Of a stretch of 64,000 nucleotides of DNA, positions 56,870-64,000 are shown piece by piece. Every line of letters begins with the position of its first letter. Position 1 is the first letter of the stretch. Made by a program: the position numbers and the translations under genes. A model generated the notes under the pieces. The model was not told the origin of the DNA. It saw only the letters and a list, made by a program, of their open reading frames with translations, and ran no database searches. Origin of the DNA: Candidatus Pacebacteria bacterium UBA6180 (lineage in GTDB: Bacteria > Patescibacteriota > Microgenomatia > UBA1400 > PJMF01). The DNA lies in the NCBI GenBank assembly GCA_002422165.1, contig DITQ01000008.1, positions 125,082 to 189,081 on the forward strand, given 5' to 3'.

Positions 56870-57816
56870 ACAATCCGCTCTGGCTACTCATCAAATCTGC
56901 CCGCCCCAAGCAGTGGCTAAAAAATTTTGCCCTTTACGCTGCGCTAGTTTTTTCTGGCTTTTTCTTCTATCAGGAGGCTGGGCAAGCACCTTATTTCGTG
57001 ATCGTCACCTACGCTTTTTTGATTTTTTGTGTCCTGACTTCAAGTATTTACTTAATCAATGATCTGATCGATATCGAATCGGACCGCAAACACCCTTTCA
57101 AGAAAAACCGCCCTTTGGCCGCTGGCAGTTTGCCCGTACCCATCGCCGTTTTTAGCGTGGTCACTGGCTTGGCGATAGTTTTTTTTCTGTCTCTGAATTT
57201 GCCGGTTTTCTTCAAAATCTTAGCTTTTGCTTACTTCATCTTGCAAATTCTCTACTCGACCCATCTTAAAAATTATGCCATTTTTGACATTGTGGCCATT
57301 GCCCTAGGCTTCTTGATCCGCGTCTACGCCGGTGCAGTAGTGGTCAATTTGCACATGAACGTCTGGTTTTTGCTAACGGTGGTATCTGTGTCGCTCTTCA
57401 TGGCTGTGGGCAAGCGGCAAAGTGAACGCACCTTGCTTAGCAGTAGCCACGTCGAGTTTGCCCGCAAGAGCCTCGATCGTTATAGTCCGCGCCTGCTCGA
57501 CCAGTATACTTCGATGTTCGCCACCTCGACTTGGCTAACTTACGCCATTTTCACCTTCCAAAGCTATACTGGTAGCGTTAACTTACTCTACGAGAAATTT
57601 CCCGAGCTCTACTTCATCTTGCCAAAAACTCTCCAGTCACAAAAGCTACTGATGCTGACTTTGCCCTTCGTAATTGTCGGGGTGATGCGCTATTTGCAGC
57701 TGATTTATGAAGAAAATAAAGGCGAGGCTCCAGAGGATGTCCTACTCAAGGATCGAACTTTGCTAACCACGGTCTTTCTGTGGTTTGCGGCAGTGATTTT
57801 TGTAATATATGCTTGA
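56866..57816 (+). CDS. UbiA-family prenyltransferase, decaprenyl-phosphate phosphoribosyltransferase (DPPR synthase)-like
   Basis: RPKQWLKNFALY..., YLINDLIDIESDRKHPFKKNRPLAAG (NDxxDxxxDR plus K..RP.AAG), about 8 TM helices. Confidence 0.6.
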   Translation: MNNPLWLLIKSARPKQWLKNFALYAALVFSGFFFYQEAGQAPYFVIVTYAFLIFCVLTSSIYLINDLIDIESDRKHPFKKNRPLAAGSLPVPIAVFSVVTGLAIVFFLSLNLPVFFKILAFAYFILQILYSTHLKNYAIFDIVAIALGFLIRVYAGAVVVNLHMNVWFLLTVVSVSLFMAVGKRQSERTLLSSSHVEFARKSLDRYSPRLLDQYTSMFATSTWLTYAIFTFQSYTGSVNLLYEKFPELYFILPKTLQSQKLLMLTLPFVIVGVMRYLQLIYEENKGEAPEDVLLKDRTLLTTVFLWFAAVIFVIYA

Positions 57817-58105
57817 AGAAAATAATTTGTTTCACTCAAGATCACGTTCGACTGAAATTAAAGCTTTCCTCAATTAACGATCTTCTTCTCACTCGATGAA
57901 GTCGCTGTCTATAATCAACTCAACAGTTAATCTTACAGTTCAGCTCCTTCAACGGACTTGAGAGAAACAAATTTTTTCTAAGAATCAGTAAATCAAACGG
58001 GTCGGAATTTAGACAAATTGCTGCCAAATTAATTAAAATCTGCTTCTCCAACAGACTTTATTGGAGTGTATTTTTACCTATTTTTTCACTTAGGCAAATT
58101 GTTCT

Positions 58106-59047
58106 CTAATGATCAAGCAACCAATGTTCCACATCCAAGGCGGCCTGGGTGCCCATGCCGGCGGAAACAATGGCTTGGCGGTAACGGTGGTCAGCAACGT
58201 CGCCAGCGGCGAAAACGCCTTCGACTGAGGTTTGGGTGGAATAAATGTCGTGAGACAAGAGTTCGATATAGCCTGCTTTGTCCAGATTCAGCTGGTCGAC
58301 AAACAAACTAGTATTAGGCTTGTGACCGATAGCGAGAAAAACGCCCTCTGCCGACAACTCTCGGACTTGACCATTTTCTTCTACTTTGATGCCAGTAATA
58401 TTCTTGCCGTCGCCAAGAACTTCTCGAAGTTGAGTGTTCCACATTATTTTGACATTGGGATTATTTAAAATGCGTTCCTGCATGATTTTACTAGCCCTGA
58501 AAGCGTCGCCGCGGTGAATAATAGTCACTTGCTTGGTGAATTTGGTCAAAGCCATAGTGTCTTCCATGGCAGAGTCGCCACCACCAATGACGTAGACGTT
58601 TTTATCGACATAAAAAGCAGCGTCACAAACTGCACAAGTGCTGACGCCGCGACCAAAATACTCCTTCTCACCAGGCACACCCAGCATGATGCTGCTGGCA
58701 CCACTAGCGATGATCAGGGCATCTGCCTCGTAGGCCGCTTCGTTTTTTTCTGGATCAGCATTCCAAAGTTTAAAAGGCCGCTGACTCAAATCCACCTTAG
58801 TGATGTGCTCGTACTTAAGCTCTGTACCGAAGCGAGTGGCTTGCTTCTGCATGTCCATCATCAGGGCTGGACCTGCTTTGCCCTCAGGAAAACCAGGGAA
58901 ATTCTCGATGTCGCTGGTGTACATCAGTTGCCCACCAATTTCCAAGCCCGCAAACAGAGTCGTCTGGATGCGCGCCCGAGAAGTGTAAATGGCGGCGGTC
59001 AGTCCAGCTGGACCAGAACCAATAATGGCGAGTTTAAGTTTTTGCAT
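58106..59047 (-). CDS. trxB: Thioredoxin reductase
   Basis: LAIIGSGPAGLTAAIY..., CAVCD redox centre (STCAVCDAAF), GGGDSAMEDT (NADPH GxGxxA). Confidence 0.9.
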   Translation of the reverse strand: MQKLKLAIIGSGPAGLTAAIYTSRARIQTTLFAGLEIGGQLMYTSDIENFPGFPEGKAGPALMMDMQKQATRFGTELKYEHITKVDLSQRPFKLWNADPEKNEAAYEADALIIASGASSIMLGVPGEKEYFGRGVSTCAVCDAAFYVDKNVYVIGGGDSAMEDTMALTKFTKQVTIIHRGDAFRASKIMQERILNNPNVKIMWNTQLREVLGDGKNITGIKVEENGQVRELSAEGVFLAIGHKPNTSLFVDQLNLDKAGYIELLSHDIYSTQTSVEGVFAAGDVADHRYRQAIVSAGMGTQAALDVEHWLLDH

Positions 59048-59072
59048 AATTTGATTTTACTCTAGATTTGGT

Positions 59073-59396
59073 TTAGGCCAAAGCTTTATCAACCATGGCT
59101 TTGAGGCCATCTGGGCCAGGGTAGCCAACTTGACGGTCGACTTCTTGACCATCTTTGAAAACCACGAAAGTGGGAATGCTCATCACCCCATACTTCATGG
59201 CTGGCTCGCGAGCTTGATCGACGTCAACTTTGACAATGCTGGCTTTGCCTTCATAGTCTCCTGCCATCTGATCGACGACCGGCGCTGACATCTGACAAGG
59301 ACCACACCAGACCGCAAAAAAGTCGACCAAAACGACCCCCTTGGCTTCTTCGACCTGCTTAGCAAAATTTTCACTAGTTAAATGTACTGCTGACAT
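59073..59396 (-). CDS. trxA: Thioredoxin
   Basis: WCGPCQ active site; 107 aa. Confidence 0.9.
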   Translation of the reverse strand: MSAVHLTSENFAKQVEEAKGVVLVDFFAVWCGPCQMSAPVVDQMAGDYEGKASIVKVDVDQAREPAMKYGVMSIPTFVVFKDGQEVDRQVGYPGPDGLKAMVDKALA

Positions 59397-59432
59397 TTTT
59401 ATCTTTCTTTAGACCAACTTCTGGCCCATAAT

Positions 59433-59678
59433 TTAATAACGCAAGAGCTCTTTGAGGACTAAGTTGAGTTGAGCGCGGTTTTCATCTTTAGAACAGACGC
59501 CCGCTTCACCAGTCAAAATATCCCGAGCCACCGTGCCGACAGAGTTGCGAACTGCAGCCAACTGTCGAGCAATCTCGACGCAGGGTCGCTTTTCTTCATA
59601 CATCTTGATGATGCCATCCACTTGCCCGCGAATGCGGTTGAGGGAAGCGACAACTGGATCTTTTTTGAGGCCTTGCAT
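59433..59678 (-). CDS. CsoR/RcnR/CstR-family transcriptional repressor (two-Cys, no His: CstR-like thiol/persulfide-sensor type)
   Basis: LNRIRGQVDGIIKMYEEKRPCVEIARQLAAVRNSV...GEAGVC. CsoR-family RxxGQxxGI...C...C spacing, with Glu where CsoR has the metal-ligand His. Confidence 0.65.
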   Translation of the reverse strand: MQGLKKDPVVASLNRIRGQVDGIIKMYEEKRPCVEIARQLAAVRNSVGTVARDILTGEAGVCSKDENRAQLNLVLKELLRY

Positions 59679-59703
59679 AATTAGTATTTAATAATTTTTC
59701 TAT

Positions 59704-59731
59704 AATATACCCTATGGGGGTATGTTGACAA
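59704..59731 (-). promoter_or_regulatory. Sigma70-like promoter (TTGTCA-16nt-TATATT) with an embedded CsoR-type operator palindrome ATACCC-N5-GGGTAT
   Basis: Minus strand TTGTCAacataccccCATAGGGTATATTatag. Palindrome ATACCCtatggGGGTAT at plus 59707-59723 lies between -35 and -10. It resembles the B. subtilis CsoR box TACCCTACGGGGGTA as I recall it. Confidence 0.6.
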
Positions 59732-59741
59732 GGGGCAAATT

Positions 59742-61562
59742 CTAGCCAAGTTTCTTGATTATTGCCTGTTTCTGGACAATTTCAGTCAAAAGCTGATCAA
59801 GGCGAGCTTCTTCCTCACTACTTCGCTCAAGACTGCTATCTAGCTTGCTAATCTCTTCGTTTATACTAGCAATTTCCCGTCGCAAAGCTTCTTTTTTGAT
59901 CATGGTCAGGGTGGTGAGCCATTCTTTTTCCAGATCTTGATCTTTGGCATTTTTTTCGTACTCAGGATTAAGCAGAGCATCCATTAGGGCTTTCTTGAGG
60001 TCTTCAGCCAAGGCGCTGGAGAAGCTTTGCAAACTAAATTTACCTTTGACTAAGAGGAGGCGCTCGATGATTTGCTTGAAACCCAGACTGGAAAAGTTAA
60101 AATCGCTCAGCGTACCAGCTCGCTCCTGAATTTTATCTGGTTCGAAACTAAACAGCAAAAAGAGCAAATATTCTTCGTTACGCTGCTGGTAAGTTTTGAG
60201 AGTGGGCTTACTGGCTGAAACTTCTTCTGGAGTGGTGGAAGTTGCAGCACCAGCCTTAATTTGTCCAAATTTGCTGATATCGGCCTTAAGCAGCGACTCC
60301 TTGACGTTGAGGGCGACAGACAGTTTTTGCAGGTAAAATTCTTTCTCGACGCTATGCTCAATTCCCTCAAGAATGGGAGCTAAATAGTTGATGATTTTGC
60401 GCTTGCCCTCGGCAGTCTTGGGGTCGAAAGCGTCCAGAGCGTGATTAATCAGAAATTCGTAAACCGACACCGCCCCTTCGACGGCTTGACGCCAGACTTT
60501 GGGCTGCTCTCGAGCCAGTTCGTCGGGGTCTTTGATCTTATCCGCCTCAGCTAGCAAAGTCGAGTGCTTGAGGTCAATGACTTTGAGATCGATACCCTTG
60601 GCGCGAACGATATCGATAGCGCGCTCAGTAGCTTTGACCCCAGCAGCATCCGCATCAAGAGCCAGGATGATGGTTTGTACCACTCTGGAGAGTAAATTAA
60701 CCTGGTCAACAGTCAGAGCCGAGCCCTTGATCGCCACCACGTGGTTGACGTGGGCCTGGGCAGAAGAAATCATGTCAAACTCGCCCTCGACCACCACCAC
60801 TTGTTCCTTCTTCTTGATCTCACGAAAAAGCTCGCTGTAACCGTAAAGCATCTTGGACTTGTGATAAAGCGAAGTTTCCGGCGAATTGATATACTTGGCT
60901 TCCTTGGGTGATTGACTGAGGAGACGACCAGAAAAACCAACCACCTGACCACGGTGGTTTTTGAGGGGAAAAATCAAGCGCTCGCGAAAACGATCGTAAT
61001 AGCCACCATTGCGACCTTTGATAATCAGGCCAGTTTTCTCGATCAGTTCCAGCGGATATTTTTTCTTATGGTGCAGGTACTTGAGCAACGAATCCCAAGC
61101 GTTGGTGGCGAAGCCCAGCTGAAAAAGCTTGATCGACTCGCTGGTAGTACCCCGCTGTTTAAGGTAATCACGGCCAACCTGGCCAACCTGGTGCTCCATT
61201 AGTAAGAAGTGGTAATACTCCTTGGCTAAACTAAGAATTTCCAGGAGCTTCTCTCGCTCCTCGTCCTCGCCGCTTCTTTGAAAATCCTGGAGAGTGATGC
61301 CTGAGCGATCAGCCAGACTCTTAAGTGCTTCGTAGAAAGTCACGCCCTCGAAGTTCTGTAGGAAGTCCAAGACATCACCGTTAGCGCCACAGCCAAAACA
61401 GCGGTAACGCTGCAGGGAAGGATTGACGAAAAAAGAGGGTGTTTTCTCCGAGTGAAAAGGGCAACAAGCCTTGTAATTGAGGCCACCGACATCGAGCTTG
61501 ATGCGCTCGCCAATCACCTCGACGATGTTGTTGGCTTCTTTGACGGTGCGTATTTGCGACAT
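59742..61562 (-). CDS. dnaG: DNA primase
   Basis: Zinc ribbon CCPFHSEKTPSFFVNPSLQRYRCFGCGANGDVLDFL; TOPRIM region (VVVVEGEFD...LALDADAAG). Confidence 0.9.
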   Translation of the reverse strand: MSQIRTVKEANNIVEVIGERIKLDVGGLNYKACCPFHSEKTPSFFVNPSLQRYRCFGCGANGDVLDFLQNFEGVTFYEALKSLADRSGITLQDFQRSGEDEEREKLLEILSLAKEYYHFLLMEHQVGQVGRDYLKQRGTTSESIKLFQLGFATNAWDSLLKYLHHKKKYPLELIEKTGLIIKGRNGGYYDRFRERLIFPLKNHRGQVVGFSGRLLSQSPKEAKYINSPETSLYHKSKMLYGYSELFREIKKKEQVVVVEGEFDMISSAQAHVNHVVAIKGSALTVDQVNLLSRVVQTIILALDADAAGVKATERAIDIVRAKGIDLKVIDLKHSTLLAEADKIKDPDELAREQPKVWRQAVEGAVSVYEFLINHALDAFDPKTAEGKRKIINYLAPILEGIEHSVEKEFYLQKLSVALNVKESLLKADISKFGQIKAGAATSTTPEEVSASKPTLKTYQQRNEEYLLFLLFSFEPDKIQERAGTLSDFNFSSLGFKQIIERLLLVKGKFSLQSFSSALAEDLKKALMDALLNPEYEKNAKDQDLEKEWLTTLTMIKKEALRREIASINEEISKLDSSLERSSEEEARLDQLLTEIVQKQAIIKKLG

Positions 61563-61915
61563 AATTTGCGTAGAGAGACATGACGCGATCTGCGATCAGA
61601 CGCCCCAGATGGGGCGAACTGGCCCAATCTCTCAAGGGAGTTATCTCATTTTTCGAAGGAAAAAGCAAGGTAGGGCGCAGGGGTTTGGGAGAAAAGTAGT
61701 ATGTGTAAAATTTGCACCAGTTGTTTCCAAAATGGAAAATACATAAAAACCCAGCTAGAAAGAGCTTTGATCACCTAAATAATTAACGCATTTTATGACA
61801 AATTATTTAGTAAACTAAAATAGCCGTGAAAAACTATTCTAACCTGGTGAATATTGATCCGTTTATAATGTTTGAAAATTAGGAGAAATAACCAATTAAA
61901 TATGGTCTATCTTTT

Positions 61916-62983
61916 TCACGACTTTTTCACTAAAGAGACAAGCAATCGCTCATATTTTTTTGCTGTCTGTTTCCAGAGATATTTTCCCAAAATTCTTTCC
62001 TTAAGCTTACTACTCATCATCTTTGCTTTATCTTGATTTCTCAACAAACTCTCAATGCCAGCTTTAACACTTTCATCCGTCGGTTCAACTAATAAACCTG
62101 AAACACCATCTTTAATTATTTCTCTAGTGCCTCCCACATTTGTCGCCACTACTGCACAGGAAGCCAAACCAGCTTCTAGCAAAATTGTTGGCAAACCCTC
62201 GTGATGAGTTGATGGGTGTACAAAAATTGTCGTTTGCTGCAATAAATCCATAACTCGCTGATGTGAAACTCCACCAACTCGCTCAAAAACGACTTCTTTA
62301 TAAAGTGGCTTGAGTTCTTTAGCAACTTGATCAAAAAAACTCGCTCCCTTGGCAGCAATGTTTCGACCAATAAATCTAACGCTAATTTTGGAATTTTTAG
62401 GTTTTTTGTCGATCAACAAAGACTCGCTGACACTATTTGTAATTACCGCTATTTTTCCAGCATTGCCAATTTGCTTAATCCAAAAATCTTTAGTAGCCTG
62501 ACTGACTACGGTAATTTGATCATAAACTTTACTAAGCAAAGGCATTAACAATAAATCAATTAACTTGGCAATCAATTTGACTACTGCATTTTTGTGTTGT
62601 GGGTGACTAGCGCAGTGATCTGTCAAAATTGACTTAGCACCCAAATATTTGGCTGCCAAAAAACCCCACCAGGCTGTGTCAAAAAAACGCGTGTGAGCAT
62701 TCACCAAATCATATTGATTGGCCTTTAGTTTTTTAAGCAGCTGGTAAAGCTCGAGATAGTTGGGCAAGGCAAATTGACCTGGCAAAATCTCCCAACACCC
62801 CACTCGGTAGATGTTAAAACCTCGGTAGCGCTCAAGTTTTGAGCTTTGGTTGGTGTTGTAAGTCAAGACATCTACATTTACATTCTTGTTTTGTCTCATC
62901 AATTCGCCATACAACTCTTCGATATAGCGCTCACTTCCTCCAAGGTGCGGGTGGAAATATGGAGTTAAGACTAAGATTTTCAT
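61916..62983 (-). CDS. Glycosyltransferase family 4 (GT-B)
   Basis: HEGLPTILLEAGLASCAVVATNVGGTREII (EX7E), N-terminal MKILVLTPYFHPHLGG. Confidence 0.75.
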   Translation of the reverse strand: MKILVLTPYFHPHLGGSERYIEELYGELMRQNKNVNVDVLTYNTNQSSKLERYRGFNIYRVGCWEILPGQFALPNYLELYQLLKKLKANQYDLVNAHTRFFDTAWWGFLAAKYLGAKSILTDHCASHPQHKNAVVKLIAKLIDLLLMPLLSKVYDQITVVSQATKDFWIKQIGNAGKIAVITNSVSESLLIDKKPKNSKISVRFIGRNIAAKGASFFDQVAKELKPLYKEVVFERVGGVSHQRVMDLLQQTTIFVHPSTHHEGLPTILLEAGLASCAVVATNVGGTREIIKDGVSGLLVEPTDESVKAGIESLLRNQDKAKMMSSKLKERILGKYLWKQTAKKYERLLVSLVKKS

Positions 62984-63735
62984 GCCCCCACCTCTCTGCT
63001 AAGTTTCCAAGATTTATTTGCGCTAGCGAAAAGAGCTGACCATAAGGTTTGTAGTCGGTAAGTCAAAATAAACCACAAATGCTCTAAGCCCGTCAGCACC
63101 AATTTTTGTTTACTCTGGCCAAATTCGCGTTCGTAATGATGAATGTGAAACTCATCCAAAGCAAGATCTTGATTTAAAGCTGCAGCTAGTTTGATTTCTG
63201 GCGAGAGATTCCAACCGCCTTGCTTTAAATGTAATTTGCCAAGCGCAGGCTTTCTAATCACCCACATACCACTGAGTATATCGCTTAGCGCTCTGCCATA
63301 TAAGAGTCTGACTTCACTGTTGAGCACCCAAACTCCAGCCTGGCGCCAAAGCGAAATCGCTTGTCCATCAACTAGAGGAAAGCGACTACACAAAACCATG
63401 TCGAGGCAATTTTTCTGCAAAAATTTTACTGCCTCTGCGACTTGGTCGAGTGGATAAGTGCCATCGCCATCCAAAGTCACAATGATTTCATGCGTGGCTG
63501 CTTTCATTCCCTTCACTAGCGAATAACCGTAGCCAATGCCTAATTTATCGACTCTAGGCTCTTTAATGACTCGTGCGCCAGCTTTTTTAGCTACCAATGC
63601 TGTTTTGTCAGTTGACTGATTGTCAACAACGATAACTTCAGCGGCTATTTGGAGGGCACGTTGAACTAAATGGCCGATGCCCTCTGCTTCATTGCGGCAA
63701 GGAATGATCAAAGAGATGTTGAGTTTATTTTTCAT
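62980..63735 (-). CDS. Dpm1/ArnC-like GT2 (polyprenyl-phosphate sugar synthase-like)
   Basis: MKNKLNISLIIPCRNEAEGIGHLVQRAL...VIVVDNQSTDKTALVAKKAGARV...TLDGDGTYP. Start moved to the ATG at comp. 63733-63735; it overlaps the upstream gene's stop by 11 nt. Confidence 0.7.
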   Translation of the reverse strand: MKNKLNISLIIPCRNEAEGIGHLVQRALQIAAEVIVVDNQSTDKTALVAKKAGARVIKEPRVDKLGIGYGYSLVKGMKAATHEIIVTLDGDGTYPLDQVAEAVKFLQKNCLDMVLCSRFPLVDGQAISLWRQAGVWVLNSEVRLLYGRALSDILSGMWVIRKPALGKLHLKQGGWNLSPEIKLAAALNQDLALDEFHIHHYEREFGQSKQKLVLTGLEHLWFILTYRLQTLWSALFASANKSWKLSREVGA

Positions 63736-64000
63736 CTTGCACCTCCCAAATAGCCATTGCTCCATTCTGATAAACCAGCTTTAGGCCATCTCTCTGGCTG
63801 ATCTGCCTGATCAACTCTCCATCTGTAAGCGACAAAATAACTGGCGACCACACGTTATAAGCAAATGATTGCCACGCTTCATCGTTGGCGCGAGCCCAAG
63901 CCATACTACGGCCAGAAACGACTAGAAGTTGCGCTTCGCTGTCACCAAGATCAGTCAATTCTCTGGCTGCTGCGGCTATTTTGCTAGCATTTCTCGAGTA
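63725..64000 (-). CDS. C-terminal fragment of an upstream gene (possibly another GT-C-like membrane protein), partial at the window edge
   Basis: ...LLVVSGRSMAWARANDEAWQSFAYNVWSPVILSLTDGELIRQ...AIWEVQDEK*. The reading frame is open to the window end. The tail resembles the C-termini of the PMT-like paralogs (e.g. ...GEVWSFYEN). Confidence 0.35.
   Translation of the reverse strand, partial: YSRNASKIAAAARELTDLGDSEAQLLVVSGRSMAWARANDEAWQSFAYNVWSPVILSLTDGELIRQISQRDGLKLVYQNGAMAIWEVQDEK

Noticed and set aside
58514-59065. 183-aa ORF antisense to trxB and 60-96-aa ORFs antisense to dnaG (59944-61202)
   Set aside because: Shadow ORFs opposite well-supported trxB and dnaG genes.
1-64000. CRISPR arrays, transposases, integrases, phage genes, toxin-antitoxin pairs, rRNA
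   Set aside because: No regularly spaced direct repeats, no DDE/tyrosine-recombinase-like ORFs and no rRNA-like conserved stretches found. The window reads as stable chromosomal backbone plus a glycosylation locus.

Overview
This 64-kb window is compact bacterial chromosome at roughly 42% GC with about 60 genes and no mobile elements, CRISPR arrays or rRNA; the core conclusion is that it holds an unusually large cell-envelope glycosylation locus interleaved with ordinary housekeeping genes. Genes are tightly packed, with many ATGA-type start/stop overlaps and several convergent pairs whose 3' ends overlap. Housekeeping genes are well supported: argS (partial), trmD, fbaB, rdgB, ybaB, dnaX, ybeY, gltX, a D-Ala-D-Ala carboxypeptidase, trkA/trkH, a short-form aspS, rmuC, metG, tatD, trxA/trxB, dnaG and one tRNA-Gln(CUG). 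The glycosylation machinery includes at least 10 GT-C-fold integral-membrane glycosyltransferases. These comprise five PMT/ArnT-like proteins with a conserved W-D-E-A-A loop (three of them in tandem), two YfhO/PTPS-related-like proteins, and three others carrying a GDEAIY/FADEAIY or GDQGRD loop-1 motif or a DUF2029-like region. Alongside them are nine GT2 genes, five of them Dpm1/ArnC-like and each sitting directly upstream of a GT-C gene. One of those five is a Ppm/DPMS-like synthase with a fused C-terminal 4-TM domain. There is also a processive QxxRW GT2. Two GT4s, a Wzx-like flippase, an LCP (LytR-CpsA-Psr) ligase, a WecA/MraY-family phosphotransferase and a UbiA-family (DPPR-synthase-like) prenyltransferase complete the set. 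Nucleotide-sugar genes include rmlB and rmlD, and ugd, and a gmd-rmd pair predicting GDP-D-rhamnose. Other notable features are a CsoR/CstR-family repressor lacking the metal-binding His, with a matching operator palindrome inside its own promoter ahead of trxA-trxB; an OmpR-type response regulator with Glu at the phospho-acceptor position beside a degenerate kinase-ATPase-like ORF; a 0.9-kb non-coding island with a strongly SD-preceded 34-aa Cys-rich peptide ORF and terminator hairpins; and several sigma70-like promoters lying 7-20 nt from start codons that imply short-leader mRNAs. All calls come from reading the sequence and motif knowledge; no database searches were possible.
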